Shown: positions 29,094 to 38,655, numbered from the stretch's first letter. The stretch: 64,000 nucleotides of DNA from an uncultured Geobacteraceae bacterium (GCA_903930585.1 CAIYZD010000133.1:70-64069); one strand, 5' to 3'. Notes: generated from the sequence alone by a model not told the origin. A program made the numbers and translations.

Positions 29094-30341
29094 CTACAGG
29101 TTGCCGTATTCCCGAGCTCGGGAGTAGAGAAGGATGGCAAACGCCAACCCCGCTATCGGAAACATGAACGCCGTATGAAGTGCCGCAGCCGACATGCCAC
29201 CGGCCACAGGTCCGTGTGATCCCAGAATGATCCCCATCACCTGCTGCGTTACCGCAGCCCCCATCAATACATAGAAATTCAGCGACGTTAACGCCGTACC
29301 GACGATGCCGACCGGAAACATGGAGCGGATAATCGGATAAATCATCACGCCGCTGGAAACGGCAAGGCCGATGACAAAGAAAACCCCCGCCAGCAATGGC
29401 CGCGGAATGATTTCCGCCCACCCCTGGAATGCCGTCATGAACAACAGCAGCACCAACTGCCCGGCCACCAGAGTTTTCTTGTAGGACTTGAAAAAGCGCC
29501 GGGCAACCGTATCAACCAGCGAACTGCCGACGATAAACCCGATAGAGGTGAACATCAGCATACTGCCGGTTACCTGCCGGGAGAGATGCAGCACCTCCAT
29601 CAAATACGGCCCTCCCCATAGCGCCTGCAATGCCAGGTAATTGCCGTACCAGAAGAAGGCAATCCCCCCCAGAAGCCAGAAATCGCGCGTTCCGAAAATA
29701 TCGCCCCACGCCGCCATCAATGACGCCCTGGGGGGAGTTCCATTCTCCTGGGCAGCGTTTTCATCCGGCTTGTCCTGGACCTTGCAGAAAACCAGCAGCG
29801 TCACCACTGCCTGGACGATGCCGACGGCCAGAAAAGAGTTCCGCCAGCCGAAGAGCCCGACGGCAAACGCCAAAGGCGCCGTCGCCCCGAGATTACCAAG
29901 GTTCCCGAGTGCCACCATGAAGCCGGAGACCCGCCCGAACTCCTGCTTGCTGAACCAGTGACTGAAGAGCGTAAAGGTCGCCATCAACACGGACGCAGTA
30001 CCGATGCCGATAAACACCCTGGCGACCATCGCAATGGCAAGAGTATCGGCCTGCGAAAAGAGAATGCCACCAAGCGTGGTCAATACGCCGCAGCCGCTGA
30101 TCACCACTCGGCTACCGAGACGATCGATCATCGGCCCCAGAGGGATCTGAGCGGCGGCATAAACATAGAACAGCACCCCGGAGAGTGAGCCGAGCTGTTC
30201 CGGCGTCAGATGCAATTCGCGAGAAATATCGCCGGCAACCACCGCCAGCGAGACCCGGTAAAAATAGACGAGGATATACATCAACGCCAGGGTGGCGAAA
30301 ATGGTCCAACGCTTGCGTTTATCGGTAACAGAGAAGTTCAT
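29094..30341 (-). CDS. MFS transporter
   Basis: 415 aa with about 12 hydrophobic segments and an MFS loop motif (GPMIDRLGSR). Confidence 0.85.
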   Translation of the reverse strand: MNFSVTDKRKRWTIFATLALMYILVYFYRVSLAVVAGDISRELHLTPEQLGSLSGVLFYVYAAAQIPLGPMIDRLGSRVVISGCGVLTTLGGILFSQADTLAIAMVARVFIGIGTASVLMATFTLFSHWFSKQEFGRVSGFMVALGNLGNLGATAPLAFAVGLFGWRNSFLAVGIVQAVVTLLVFCKVQDKPDENAAQENGTPPRASLMAAWGDIFGTRDFWLLGGIAFFWYGNYLALQALWGGPYLMEVLHLSRQVTGSMLMFTSIGFIVGSSLVDTVARRFFKSYKKTLVAGQLVLLLFMTAFQGWAEIIPRPLLAGVFFVIGLAVSSGVMIYPIIRSMFPVGIVGTALTSLNFYVLMGAAVTQQVMGIILGSHGPVAGGMSAAALHTAFMFPIAGLAFAILLYSRAREYGNL

Positions 30342-30458
30342 GGCGCCAATTTCATAGCAGGATAACCGTCAAAACATTAGTGCATTTTAGATGATATCAG
30401 ATTACAATTGGCGTCGCTGAGGCTTTCAGTGTAAAAACGCCTTGGATATGGGGTTTAT

Positions 30459-31232
30459 ATGGTAAAATCTACAATAGTGTCGTCAACAGTATTCAAGGTT
30501 ATTGCTATCATGTTACTGACGGCGGTTAATGGGTGGGCTATTCCCGCATATACCCAAAAGTTCGGGGTGGGATGCAAGAGTTGTCATACATCCGGCCCCA
30601 TGTTAAACGATCATGGTGTGACATTCAAGAGAAACGGGCATACTATTGGCGGGAAAAAGGCTCCACAGGAGGAAAAGAGTAGGCAGAGGGTGCTCAAGGA
30701 TGATAACGGTTCGGCTTCGAAATCGTCAGACAAGAGCCAAGACAAACCGGGACCAGTCAATAGCGGCGTAACAACAGATCAACCGGCGGCAAAAAGTCCC
30801 GCGCCCGACATAGAACAACCTATACCGGAAACCATGATTTACAGCTGGAAAACCGAGGATGGTACACCGTATTTTTCAGATACGCCTCACATGGATATTC
30901 TGGATGAGAATATGCCTGCATCGGACAAGGCGAGGAAAAAGATTGCGCGGACCCGATTCAGGCCTCTCCCTGTAATAATTCCGAAACGGACATTGAAGAC
31001 TGCTGCGAAAGCGGTCGCTCCACGACCGGAAAAACCTGTTTTGCCCGGCTATGATTCCCCCGAATTGCCGGAGACCGGGCACATAGCAATAAAGCCTGAA
31101 GAAATGCCGATAAGCTACGAGAAATGCATGGAGCAGATACTGTCAGGGTATCCGACCCCGAAAGATTCGGAAACTGCTATGAAAGAATTTCAAGATGCGG
31201 AAAGCAGATGCGCTCCCTTTGAGAAGAAATAG
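30459..31232 (+). CDS. Secreted protein with one CxxCH motif and a DUF4124-like C-terminal module
   Basis: 257 aa with a signal-like N-terminus. YTQKFGVGCKSCHTSGPMLNDHG contains CKSCH at 30573-30587. A low-complexity linker precedes IYSWKTEDGTPYFSDTP (DUF4124-like). Confidence 0.6.
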   Translation: MVKSTIVSSTVFKVIAIMLLTAVNGWAIPAYTQKFGVGCKSCHTSGPMLNDHGVTFKRNGHTIGGKKAPQEEKSRQRVLKDDNGSASKSSDKSQDKPGPVNSGVTTDQPAAKSPAPDIEQPIPETMIYSWKTEDGTPYFSDTPHMDILDENMPASDKARKKIARTRFRPLPVIIPKRTLKTAAKAVAPRPEKPVLPGYDSPELPETGHIAIKPEEMPISYEKCMEQILSGYPTPKDSETAMKEFQDAESRCAPFEKK

Positions 31233-31291
31233 CATCCATAACCACTAGCTTCACAAAAGACGCATTCAACGACTTTAAAAGTGGATATACA

Positions 31292-31723
31292 ATGACATCA
31301 GCCCCATCCATTCAAAACCAGCAGGGCTTTACCATGATCGAAATGCTGATTGCCATGTTGATAATGACCGTTGGTGTAATTACCACTTTGAGCATGATCA
31401 GTGCATCAATGAGAGCAAATACAAATGCAAACCGGTTGACGACGAAAACGGCGCTGGCCCAGCAGACTGTCGAAGATCTGCTTTCCATGAAATCTGATGA
31501 CGTAGTCGCTCTCTGTCCAAGCACACTTACCGACTATAACCTGAACATGACCGGTCCCGTGACCGGTACCGCAAATTATCTGACAGTTTCGGGCGCTGGT
31601 ACGTATAATGCGAAATGCTCTGCAACTCAACTTCCCGCATTACTTCAAATAAATATCAGTGTGTCAACCGTGCCTGATGACGGAGCCCCCTTGCAAACCG
31701 CTGTCTACCGGTATCTGGAGTGA
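31292..31723 (+). CDS. pilV: Type IV minor pilin PilV-like
   Basis: 143 aa with a prepilin cleavage/methylation site (QGFTMIEMLIAMLIMTVG) and PilV-like continuation. Confidence 0.8.
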   Translation: MTSAPSIQNQQGFTMIEMLIAMLIMTVGVITTLSMISASMRANTNANRLTTKTALAQQTVEDLLSMKSDDVVALCPSTLTDYNLNMTGPVTGTANYLTVSGAGTYNAKCSATQLPALLQINISVSTVPDDGAPLQTAVYRYLE

Positions 31724-32574
31724 TCGGGATGTATTCGCAACGCAGAGATCAATACGGGTTCTCCCTGGTGGAATTACTGGTTGTGATGGTGATCTTCGGA
31801 ATCTTTTCCGGAGCTGTCTACTCCCTGTATATTACCCACCTTAAAACGGCATATTCCCGTGACGAGGTTATTGATGTACAGCAGAACGTCCGTATTGCCA
31901 TGGATCGTTTGAGCAGAGACATACGCATGGCAGGACTGTTTGTTACCCCTCCCGTTACGAAAACAATGAGCAACTATTCTACCATAAGCATCCGAACCAC
32001 TCCCATAGATATGACAAGAGTTACGATATCGCAGCTTTTGTCCGAACAGAGTGAAAAATTTGTTGTTACTCCCGCGGCAAATCTCCCCGTCAATATGCCA
32101 GTCGGTACTGCCGCCGTCGTTTTGCGCCCTACAACCAAGACACAGATAGGTGGTGTTTTTTCTGTGATCTCGTCAACGACAGCGGGACACCTGGCCGTAT
32201 CACCACTGCCGACATATCCCAATGTCCCTGTTTTGGGAGATATGGTTTTAAAAGTGGCCACAACTTTTCCGGTGACAATCCGGTACCGTATTGACCGCAC
32301 CGATACAAGTCTCGGCTGTGATCTCTCTCCATGTCTCATGAGAAACTCGGATGTCATTGCGCAAGGAATCAACAACATCCGCTTTACCTATTATCTTAGT
32401 GGAGTAAATACGGATCCTAAAACAGATGCAAGCGTACTGAGCGATGATGATGTCAAAAAAATATCCGCTCTCCGGGTGACTGTTACCGGCATGACAACCA
32501 AAAAATCCGGAACGGATAACAGCATTAAAACGCGCGAGCTGGTGACTTTTGTAAAATTGAGGAATTACCGGTGA
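31720..32574 (+). CDS. pilW: Type IV minor pilin PilW-like
   Basis: 284 aa, with a 4-nt overlap with pilV. It has YGFSLVELLVVMVIFGI and the PilW-like motif VQQNVRIAMDRLSRDIRMAG. Confidence 0.8.
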   Translation: MIGMYSQRRDQYGFSLVELLVVMVIFGIFSGAVYSLYITHLKTAYSRDEVIDVQQNVRIAMDRLSRDIRMAGLFVTPPVTKTMSNYSTISIRTTPIDMTRVTISQLLSEQSEKFVVTPAANLPVNMPVGTAAVVLRPTTKTQIGGVFSVISSTTAGHLAVSPLPTYPNVPVLGDMVLKVATTFPVTIRYRIDRTDTSLGCDLSPCLMRNSDVIAQGINNIRFTYYLSGVNTDPKTDASVLSDDDVKKISALRVTVTGMTTKKSGTDNSIKTRELVTFVKLRNYR

Positions 32575-33089
32575 CGTGCGCGGAGCACATTGATACGGCA
32601 TGCACTGACACGCTGCCGCCTGTACAGCCGTCATGTGCCAACGAGCGCGGAGCGGCTCTGATTATAGTACTGGTCATGCTGCTGCTGCTGACTGTTCTCG
32701 GGGCAACGTTACTGTCAACATCCACCACCGACTTGCAGATTGCCGGAAACTATCGAAACAATCAGAGGGCGTTCTATGTCAATGACTATGCCTTTGAGTT
32801 ATTGAAAACAAGCGATAGCGAAGTGAACGTTTATCTCCGAAGCGATCTGGCTCAAAAAGGCGATACCAGAACATTTACAACTAATCTGCCTACAACCGGA
32901 GAGGCGGTCACGTATACTGTCTCCAACGTTGGCTGCCTGGGAGGCGCTCCTGCCGGCAGCGGCAGTGATGCCGATTCCAGCAATTACTACAACATCTATG
33001 AAATTGAAATTACCGGCAATGGCCCAAACAACGCCAAAACAACTTCCCTGGCAGGAAATCTGTATCAGAGAAGCAGACCGTGCGAATGA
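32571..33089 (+). CDS. pilX: PilX-like minor pilin/assembly protein
   Basis: 172 aa with a GTG start overlapping the pilW stop. ERGAALIIVLVMLLLLTVLGATLL...LQIAGNYRNNQRAFYVNDYA resembles the PilX N-terminal domain. Confidence 0.7.
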   Translation: MTCAEHIDTACTDTLPPVQPSCANERGAALIIVLVMLLLLTVLGATLLSTSTTDLQIAGNYRNNQRAFYVNDYAFELLKTSDSEVNVYLRSDLAQKGDTRTFTTNLPTTGEAVTYTVSNVGCLGGAPAGSGSDADSSNYYNIYEIEITGNGPNNAKTTSLAGNLYQRSRPCE

Positions 33090-33111
33090 TCGTAAACGGC
33101 ATGGAGATTCT

Positions 33112-33477
33112 ATGAAAAAAACAGTTCTTGCGACGATACTGACAGTCCTTATACTGCTGACAACCGTTTCCGGACTCATGGCCGAGAACAGCCCGGAGAG
33201 TCTCTTTACCCGTCAAGCCTACAATCCCGCGGTGGTTTATAACGGGTCATTCAGGACAAATGCCATCTATTTTCATAATCGACGCAATCCCGTCTGGTAC
33301 CCTGGCCTGAAAGAAGAGCTGGATTCCATAAATTGCAAAGCGGCACAGGACAGTTTCAGGAAGAGCGGCAGATGGAATGGTCATTTTGTACAGGGGAGCT
33401 CCTGTGGTGAAACGTCCGAACCGACTGAATGGGCAGTTGGTAACTGGCTTAATTTCAGCGCTGTAAAGGGCAAATAG
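33112..33477 (+). CDS. Hypothetical secreted protein within the pilus operon
   Basis: 121 aa starting at the ATG at 33112 (MKKTVLATILTVLILLTTVSGLMA, signal-peptide-like). No family was recognised. It lies between pilX and pilY1. Confidence 0.55.
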   Translation: MKKTVLATILTVLILLTTVSGLMAENSPESLFTRQAYNPAVVYNGSFRTNAIYFHNRRNPVWYPGLKEELDSINCKAAQDSFRKSGRWNGHFVQGSSCGETSEPTEWAVGNWLNFSAVKGK

Positions 33478-33522
33478 TAAAGAAGGCTATTCGTTACACG
33501 TTTCCGGATGTGGAGGTGATGT

Positions 33523-36500
33523 ATGAAGCAGTTGATTACGGTGTTAATTTTATATTCCTTTACGATAGTATGCGCGACAGGCTCGGCTTTTGCGGCATCC
33601 TGCGATCAATATCCGGGTGACACCTGGATCTACGGTGGTATAACATCAGTCATCAACCCCAATGTTCTCATCATAATCGACACATCGACCAGTATGAGCG
33701 ACACCGTACCCGGTACAGCCGGAGATTATGACCCGTCTTCGACATATTCAACGATGAGAGTATGTTACAGCAGCAACAACAGCAATAATTCTTCAAACTG
33801 TTCCGCAAATGAGATATATAAGTGGAATTCCTCCAGCAGCAGGTGGGTGGATGACGGCTACACACTTTCCAACGTCACCACAAGCTGCAACAACGCAAAT
33901 CCCAAGAACCTGCTGTCTACTACCGGCAAGTATACCGGACGTTCACTCAAAACCAACAATACCGCAGGCGCCTGTGCATCAAGCGGAACCAGCATATATG
34001 CAACCGGCAACTGGATCAACTGGGATGCCGGCGGAACCGTTAATGTGCCTAAAATCGATGTTGCCCGCACTGTTGTCAAAAATCTGATTTCCAACACTAC
34101 CGGCGTAAATTTTGGCGTTATGATCTACAGGAGCAGTGACGATCAGGGTTCACGCTTTTTCGATTACAAGGCTGACGGGACAAACAACTACGAAACAACC
34201 ATCAAGGATATGGATGCCATTTACAGCGGCAGCATAACAAACCGTGATGCCCTGATAGCCTCCATCAACACAACAACCGTCAAAGCGTCTGGGTATACCC
34301 CGCTCGCGGAGTCGCTCTATGAAGCGGGCAGGTATTTCGGAGGGGGGCAAAGCGCATTCTCCAATACTGTGGGGCTTTCCGGCACCCCTCTCAAATATAC
34401 AACCCCTATTACCGCCAGTTGCCAGAAAAACTTCATAATTTTTGTCACCGATGGCATGTCTACATCCGACAACTCATCTATTCTTAAGACAATTTACCCG
34501 GCTGGCTGTTCCGGTTCGGCCTGTACCGGCGATTTTGATGGGGACGGAGTAGAACCGGGTGACATGTCCCACAGCATGGACGATGTGGCAAAATACCTTC
34601 ACGATACCGATCTGCTTTCTGACAGCACCGCCGTAGGCAAAGAGTATACGATCGGTAAACAGTACGTTTCCACTTATACCATCGGTTTTGGCACTGTCGG
34701 GGCCGATGCGGACGCAGTTGCTCTTCTTGAACGTACGTCTGACAGCAGTCATGGAAATGGCAAGGCATATCTGTCGACAGATCAATCCGGCCTGACAACA
34801 GCCTTTACCCAGATAATCTACGCCATACTGTCGGTAGACACCTCCTTTGTTGCCCCTGTTGTGCCGATAAGCCCTGACAACAGAACATATGGCTCCAACA
34901 GGATCTACATGGGGTTCTTCAAGCCTGAAAACCAGACCTACTGGCGCGGCAACCTGAAGAAATACGGTCTCGATGCCAACAACAACATCATCGACAGGAA
35001 CGGCAACGCTCCTTTTACGCCGACCAGTTTATCTTACTGGAACGCAAGCACAACACCGGATGAGGACAAAGTTGATCTGGGCGGGGCAGGAGCAATGCTG
35101 TTGAGTAGAACCACAGCCAGAAACCTCTACACATACACCGGGACAAACGCCGACTTGACCAACACAAGCAATCTGTTCATCAAGACTAACACGGCCATTA
35201 CGGCAACCACGCTTAATGTTGCCGATGACGCTACAAAGGCCGATCTTGTTGATTTCGTCCAGGGCTATGATACGTACGGCAAGGGTTCAGGAACGACCAT
35301 CAAACGGGAGTGGCTTTTTGGTGATGTTCTCCATTCCAAGCCGCTGGTAGTCAACTATGCAACCTATACAATGTCATCTGCCAATGAGAGTAACTGTACC
35401 GTAAACAAATCAATTATCTATGTCGGCAGCAATGACGGCATGCTGCATGCCATTAATGATTGCGACGGCAGCGAAGCATGGGCCTTCATTCCCCCTGAAG
35501 TTTTGCCGAACCTCCAGGAAATCCCGAACGATATTCACACCTACGCGGTGGACGCATCTCCCTCCGTGTATATCTACGATGCCAACAAGGACGGGAATAT
35601 TGATACAACGACCGACAAGGTAATACTGATGATCGGCCTGAGACGGGGGGGGGGACCGAACAATTACAGCGGCGTAGCAGCGAAAGGCTCGTATTATGCC
35701 CTGGATGTCAGTAACCCGGCAACGCCCAGGTATTTATGGAATCTTTCCAATGCGACAACCGGTTTTTCTGAACTGGGAGAAAGCTGGGGAGAGCCGAAAA
35801 TTGTAAAGATGAAGATCGGAACCGCTTCCAAGGTAGTGGCATTTATTCCGGGAGGGTATGACAATATGAATGAAGACAGCCGATACGGCGCTACCCTCAA
35901 CTTTACCGGCACGGGTACGGTCAGTAATTCAACCAGCGGCGCCGGGAATCTGATAAGTACCCCCATTACTCCGGCAGTTTCCCCGTTCAGTCCGAAAGGG
36001 CGGGGAATCTACGCCGTCGAGATTGCCACGCTGTCCAGCAACGGAACATCAACCATCGCCACAACCCCCACCAGGATCTGGGGAGTCGTACAAGGTTCAA
36101 CGACCAGCTACACCTCCTCACCAGCCACGGATGCTGGTATGACTTTTCCCATAGTGTCCGACACCACTACACTTGACGTGGACGGCAATGGCTACATCGA
36201 CCGGCTATATGCAACCGACCTGGGGGGTAATCTGTGGCGTTTCGATGTGGGAAGCACGAATACCGCATCATGGACAGGATATAAAATCTTCAGCGCCAAT
36301 CCGGCTTCGGGCGCAGATACGGGACGCAAACTTTTCTTCAAGCCGGTTGCGACGTTAGATACCAAAGCGACCGTATCTTCACGAGGCCTTGATGCATTGA
36401 TTTTCATGGGAAGTGGCGATCGTGAGCATCCTACGAATACGTCCGTAGTTGACAGGATATATGCCGTTAAAGACAAGGGGCAGACCAGCAGCAAAACGGA

Positions 36501-37035
36501 AGCTGATCTCACCGACGTCACCACCAATGATCTCCAGGGGGCAACGGCCACCAACGCTACGGTAAACTCCCTTTTGAGCAGCCTGAACTCATCGTACGGC
36601 TGGTATATACAGCTGAGTCAGAATAGTGGTGAAAAGGTACTGGCGCAACCGGTGCTTTCAAACAAGATTGCCTACTTAACTTCGTTCACCCCTGGAGCAT
36701 CAATCAATGTCGATCCCTGCCGCCCTTCCAACCTGGGAACAAGCCGTCTTTATGTGCTTAATTACGCTACCGGCGAAGCGGTTATGAATTATGATACCAG
36801 CAACGACGGTTCCCTCTCATCAACCACAAATAAAAGGGCAATATCAGGCGGGGCGGTCCTCCAGCGGAGTGACAGGTCAAAAACACTCGGATCCGGCATC
36901 GCTTCCGGTGTTGTAATTGTGGGTAACAAAGCGTTGATAGGGGACGAAGGTGAAATTAAAACGGAGATGACCAAAGCAGGATCCCCCGGGAGCTCGGGTG
37001 GAAGGATAATCAATCTCTATTGGGGTCAGAAGTAG
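33523..37035 (+). CDS. pilY1: PilY1/PilC-like pilus tip protein with an N-terminal vWA domain
   Basis: 1170 aa with a signal peptide and a vWA MIDAS motif (IIIDTSTSMSD, VTDGMSTSD). The C-terminal PilY1 propeller carries EF-hand-like loops DANKDGNID (35578-35604) and DVDGNGYID (36175-36201), followed by DLGGNLWRFD. Confidence 0.88.
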   Translation: MKQLITVLILYSFTIVCATGSAFAASCDQYPGDTWIYGGITSVINPNVLIIIDTSTSMSDTVPGTAGDYDPSSTYSTMRVCYSSNNSNNSSNCSANEIYKWNSSSSRWVDDGYTLSNVTTSCNNANPKNLLSTTGKYTGRSLKTNNTAGACASSGTSIYATGNWINWDAGGTVNVPKIDVARTVVKNLISNTTGVNFGVMIYRSSDDQGSRFFDYKADGTNNYETTIKDMDAIYSGSITNRDALIASINTTTVKASGYTPLAESLYEAGRYFGGGQSAFSNTVGLSGTPLKYTTPITASCQKNFIIFVTDGMSTSDNSSILKTIYPAGCSGSACTGDFDGDGVEPGDMSHSMDDVAKYLHDTDLLSDSTAVGKEYTIGKQYVSTYTIGFGTVGADADAVALLERTSDSSHGNGKAYLSTDQSGLTTAFTQIIYAILSVDTSFVAPVVPISPDNRTYGSNRIYMGFFKPENQTYWRGNLKKYGLDANNNIIDRNGNAPFTPTSLSYWNASTTPDEDKVDLGGAGAMLLSRTTARNLYTYTGTNADLTNTSNLFIKTNTAITATTLNVADDATKADLVDFVQGYDTYGKGSGTTIKREWLFGDVLHSKPLVVNYATYTMSSANESNCTVNKSIIYVGSNDGMLHAINDCDGSEAWAFIPPEVLPNLQEIPNDIHTYAVDASPSVYIYDANKDGNIDTTTDKVILMIGLRRGGGPNNYSGVAAKGSYYALDVSNPATPRYLWNLSNATTGFSELGESWGEPKIVKMKIGTASKVVAFIPGGYDNMNEDSRYGATLNFTGTGTVSNSTSGAGNLISTPITPAVSPFSPKGRGIYAVEIATLSSNGTSTIATTPTRIWGVVQGSTTSYTSSPATDAGMTFPIVSDTTTLDVDGNGYIDRLYATDLGGNLWRFDVGSTNTASWTGYKIFSANPASGADTGRKLFFKPVATLDTKATVSSRGLDALIFMGSGDREHPTNTSVVDRIYAVKDKGQTSSKTEADLTDVTTNDLQGATATNATVNSLLSSLNSSYGWYIQLSQNSGEKVLAQPVLSNKIAYLTSFTPGASINVDPCRPSNLGTSRLYVLNYATGEAVMNYDTSNDGSLSSTTNKRAISGGAVLQRSDRSKTLGSGIASGVVIVGNKALIGDEGEIKTEMTKAGSPGSSGGRIINLYWGQK
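35645..35654 (+). repeat. G10 homopolymer inside pilY1
   Basis: Direct count: cgg ggg ggg gga encodes RGGG near codon 708. This is the longest homopolymer noticed in the window. Confidence 0.95.
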
Positions 37036-37053
37036 TAAATCCGGAAAACTGCC

Positions 37054-37557
37054 ATGAAGAAAACAGGCTTGTTAACATATAACCGGTTGCTTTCCCGTAC
37101 CGGTTTTACCCTGACCGAAGTGATATTAGGTATCGGCTTGATGGCGATACTCAGCGCTATGGCCCTGCCGTCATTTATTGGATGGCGGCGGAATCTGTAT
37201 TTCAAACAGGCCGCAAGTGATATTGCCAATTCGCTTAAGACTGCAAAAAGCAAGGCAATTACATTAAATCAGCAGTATGGAGTTCAATTTGTTCCTGCGG
37301 ATAGATCTTACCAGTTCGGCAAATACAGTACCAATCAATGGGTATATTTCGGGAACAAAGGATACCTGTCAAACCAGGTCGTAATGAACTTGAACGGAAC
37401 AGCCAGCGCCAACACCCCGCCAACTCCAAACATCTGGTTCGATACAAATGGCGCCAGTTTTAACAATTACAGCATTCGTATCAAGGATGCAACCACAGTC
37501 AAATATACCGTTTCTGTGGAAAGGTCAGGCAGGATCAGGAATACCAGGATAAAATGA
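37054..37557 (+). CDS. fimT: GspH/FimT-family pseudopilin
   Basis: 167 aa. TGFTLTEVILGIGLMAILSAMALPSF is followed by a GspH-like segment (AASDIANSLKTAKSKAI). Confidence 0.78.
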   Translation: MKKTGLLTYNRLLSRTGFTLTEVILGIGLMAILSAMALPSFIGWRRNLYFKQAASDIANSLKTAKSKAITLNQQYGVQFVPADRSYQFGKYSTNQWVYFGNKGYLSNQVVMNLNGTASANTPPTPNIWFDTNGASFNNYSIRIKDATTVKYTVSVERSGRIRNTRIK

Positions 37558-37622
37558 TCCGGTTTCAAGTACGTCGGGGACGGAGGTGACACACGGATGC
37601 AGGTTGCCTACCGAGCTGCACC

Positions 37623-38009
37623 CTACGGCGCCGGCGGCGCCGGAACCACTCTCATCCACCCTTTCGGACATTGCTTCACGTACGGATAATACCCCTGCGG
37701 ATCCTGGCAATAGTACCAGTACACCTGTTCCGGCAGCGGTGCAGGGGCATACTGCGGCGCCGGTTGCACATACACTTCGGGCAGAGGTTGCTGGATGATG
37801 ACCGGCACCGGAGCGTAATACACTTCATGTGGGTAGGAATAATAGGGATGAGACAACTCCCACAATCCGATACCGAGTCCCAGACCGACTACCGGCCACC
37901 ATCCCGGGCCGCCCCGTCCGCCGCCATGAAAATGTTCGGCCTGACCTGACCCCGCGCACATAAAAAGCAGTGCGATAACGCTCACCAACATACCCATATA
38001 CTTTTTCAT
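37623..38009 (-). CDS. Secreted Pro/Tyr-rich small protein with a C-terminal two-Cys motif
   Basis: The ATG at 38009 is preceded by GGAGG with a 5-nt spacer. It has a signal peptide (MKKYMGMLVSVIALLFMCAGSGQA), a Gly/Trp stretch and a Pro/Tyr-rich body ending WYYCQDPQGYYPYVKQCPKGWMRVVP. Confidence 0.65.
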   Translation of the reverse strand: MKKYMGMLVSVIALLFMCAGSGQAEHFHGGGRGGPGWWPVVGLGLGIGLWELSHPYYSYPHEVYYAPVPVIIQQPLPEVYVQPAPQYAPAPLPEQVYWYYCQDPQGYYPYVKQCPKGWMRVVPAPPAP

Positions 38010-38198
38010 ATAAACCTCCACATCACTACAACCGTAATCCTTGATGTCACACCCAACCGCTACTTCTACGTAACATCAGTGTAGTCTTTAATTGTGGAGT
38101 AAATAAGGAATAAATAAGGATTTTAACAAGAGTACCATGACCGCCAGGAGCGTTCTGCCGCTATGTCGTCTGATACGTTCCGTTTTGGCATAAAACCG

Positions 38199-38486
38199 TC
38201 AGTACCGATTAAAAAGCAGATAAATATCATCCACAAAGACGACAAACAGCACAAAGATAATAATTATGCTGAATAATGCCACGGAAGACAGAAAGTCATA
38301 TTGTATCCAAGGGAAAGGGGTCCGGTTTGTCCCGTGAGCATACTCAGTGACAGAAGTTTTATCGCAACCCGGACGTTCACGGGAAGCAATCCCGAACATC
38401 AGATCAACTTTCCTGTATGCCTCTTGGAGTTTTTCCGTATCCAATTCTGAATCATCATTGTTATTCCACTCACCATCCGCCTGCAA
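38199..38486 (-). CDS. Hypothetical small membrane-anchored protein
   Basis: 95 aa with a TTG start at 38486, preceded by AGGAGG with a 5-nt spacer. It has an acidic N-terminus and one C-terminal hydrophobic segment (SSVALFSIIIIFVLFVVFV). No family was recognised. Confidence 0.4.
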   Translation of the reverse strand: MQADGEWNNNDDSELDTEKLQEAYRKVDLMFGIASRERPGCDKTSVTEYAHGTNRTPFPWIQYDFLSSVALFSIIIIFVLFVVFVDDIYLLFNRY

Positions 38487-38594
38487 GGAAACCTCCTGTT
38501 TAGATGGTTATGAATCGTACAATCAACATTTACTTCCTACAATTTCGGATTTTTGCTCTGTTCCGTCAAGAAAAAATACCATATCAGAACAGTA

Positions 38595-38623
38595 TTGACA
38601 TTTTCGAACAGCGCTGTTATCTT
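38595..38623 (+). promoter_or_regulatory. Candidate sigma70-type promoter of the AOR gene
   Basis: TTGACA (38595-38600), 17-nt spacer, TATCTT (38618-38623). This would give a leader of roughly 215 nt before the ATG at 38845. Confidence 0.35.
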
Positions 38624-38655
38624 GCATACGAGAGTTATTGCACGTACCAAACCCA

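Noticed and set aside
38101-38120. Tandem 9-nt direct repeat AAATAAGGA-at-AAATAAGGA upstream of the Pro/Tyr-rich gene
   Set aside because: There are only two copies, in very AT-rich DNA, and they match no known operator. This is insufficient to call a regulatory site.
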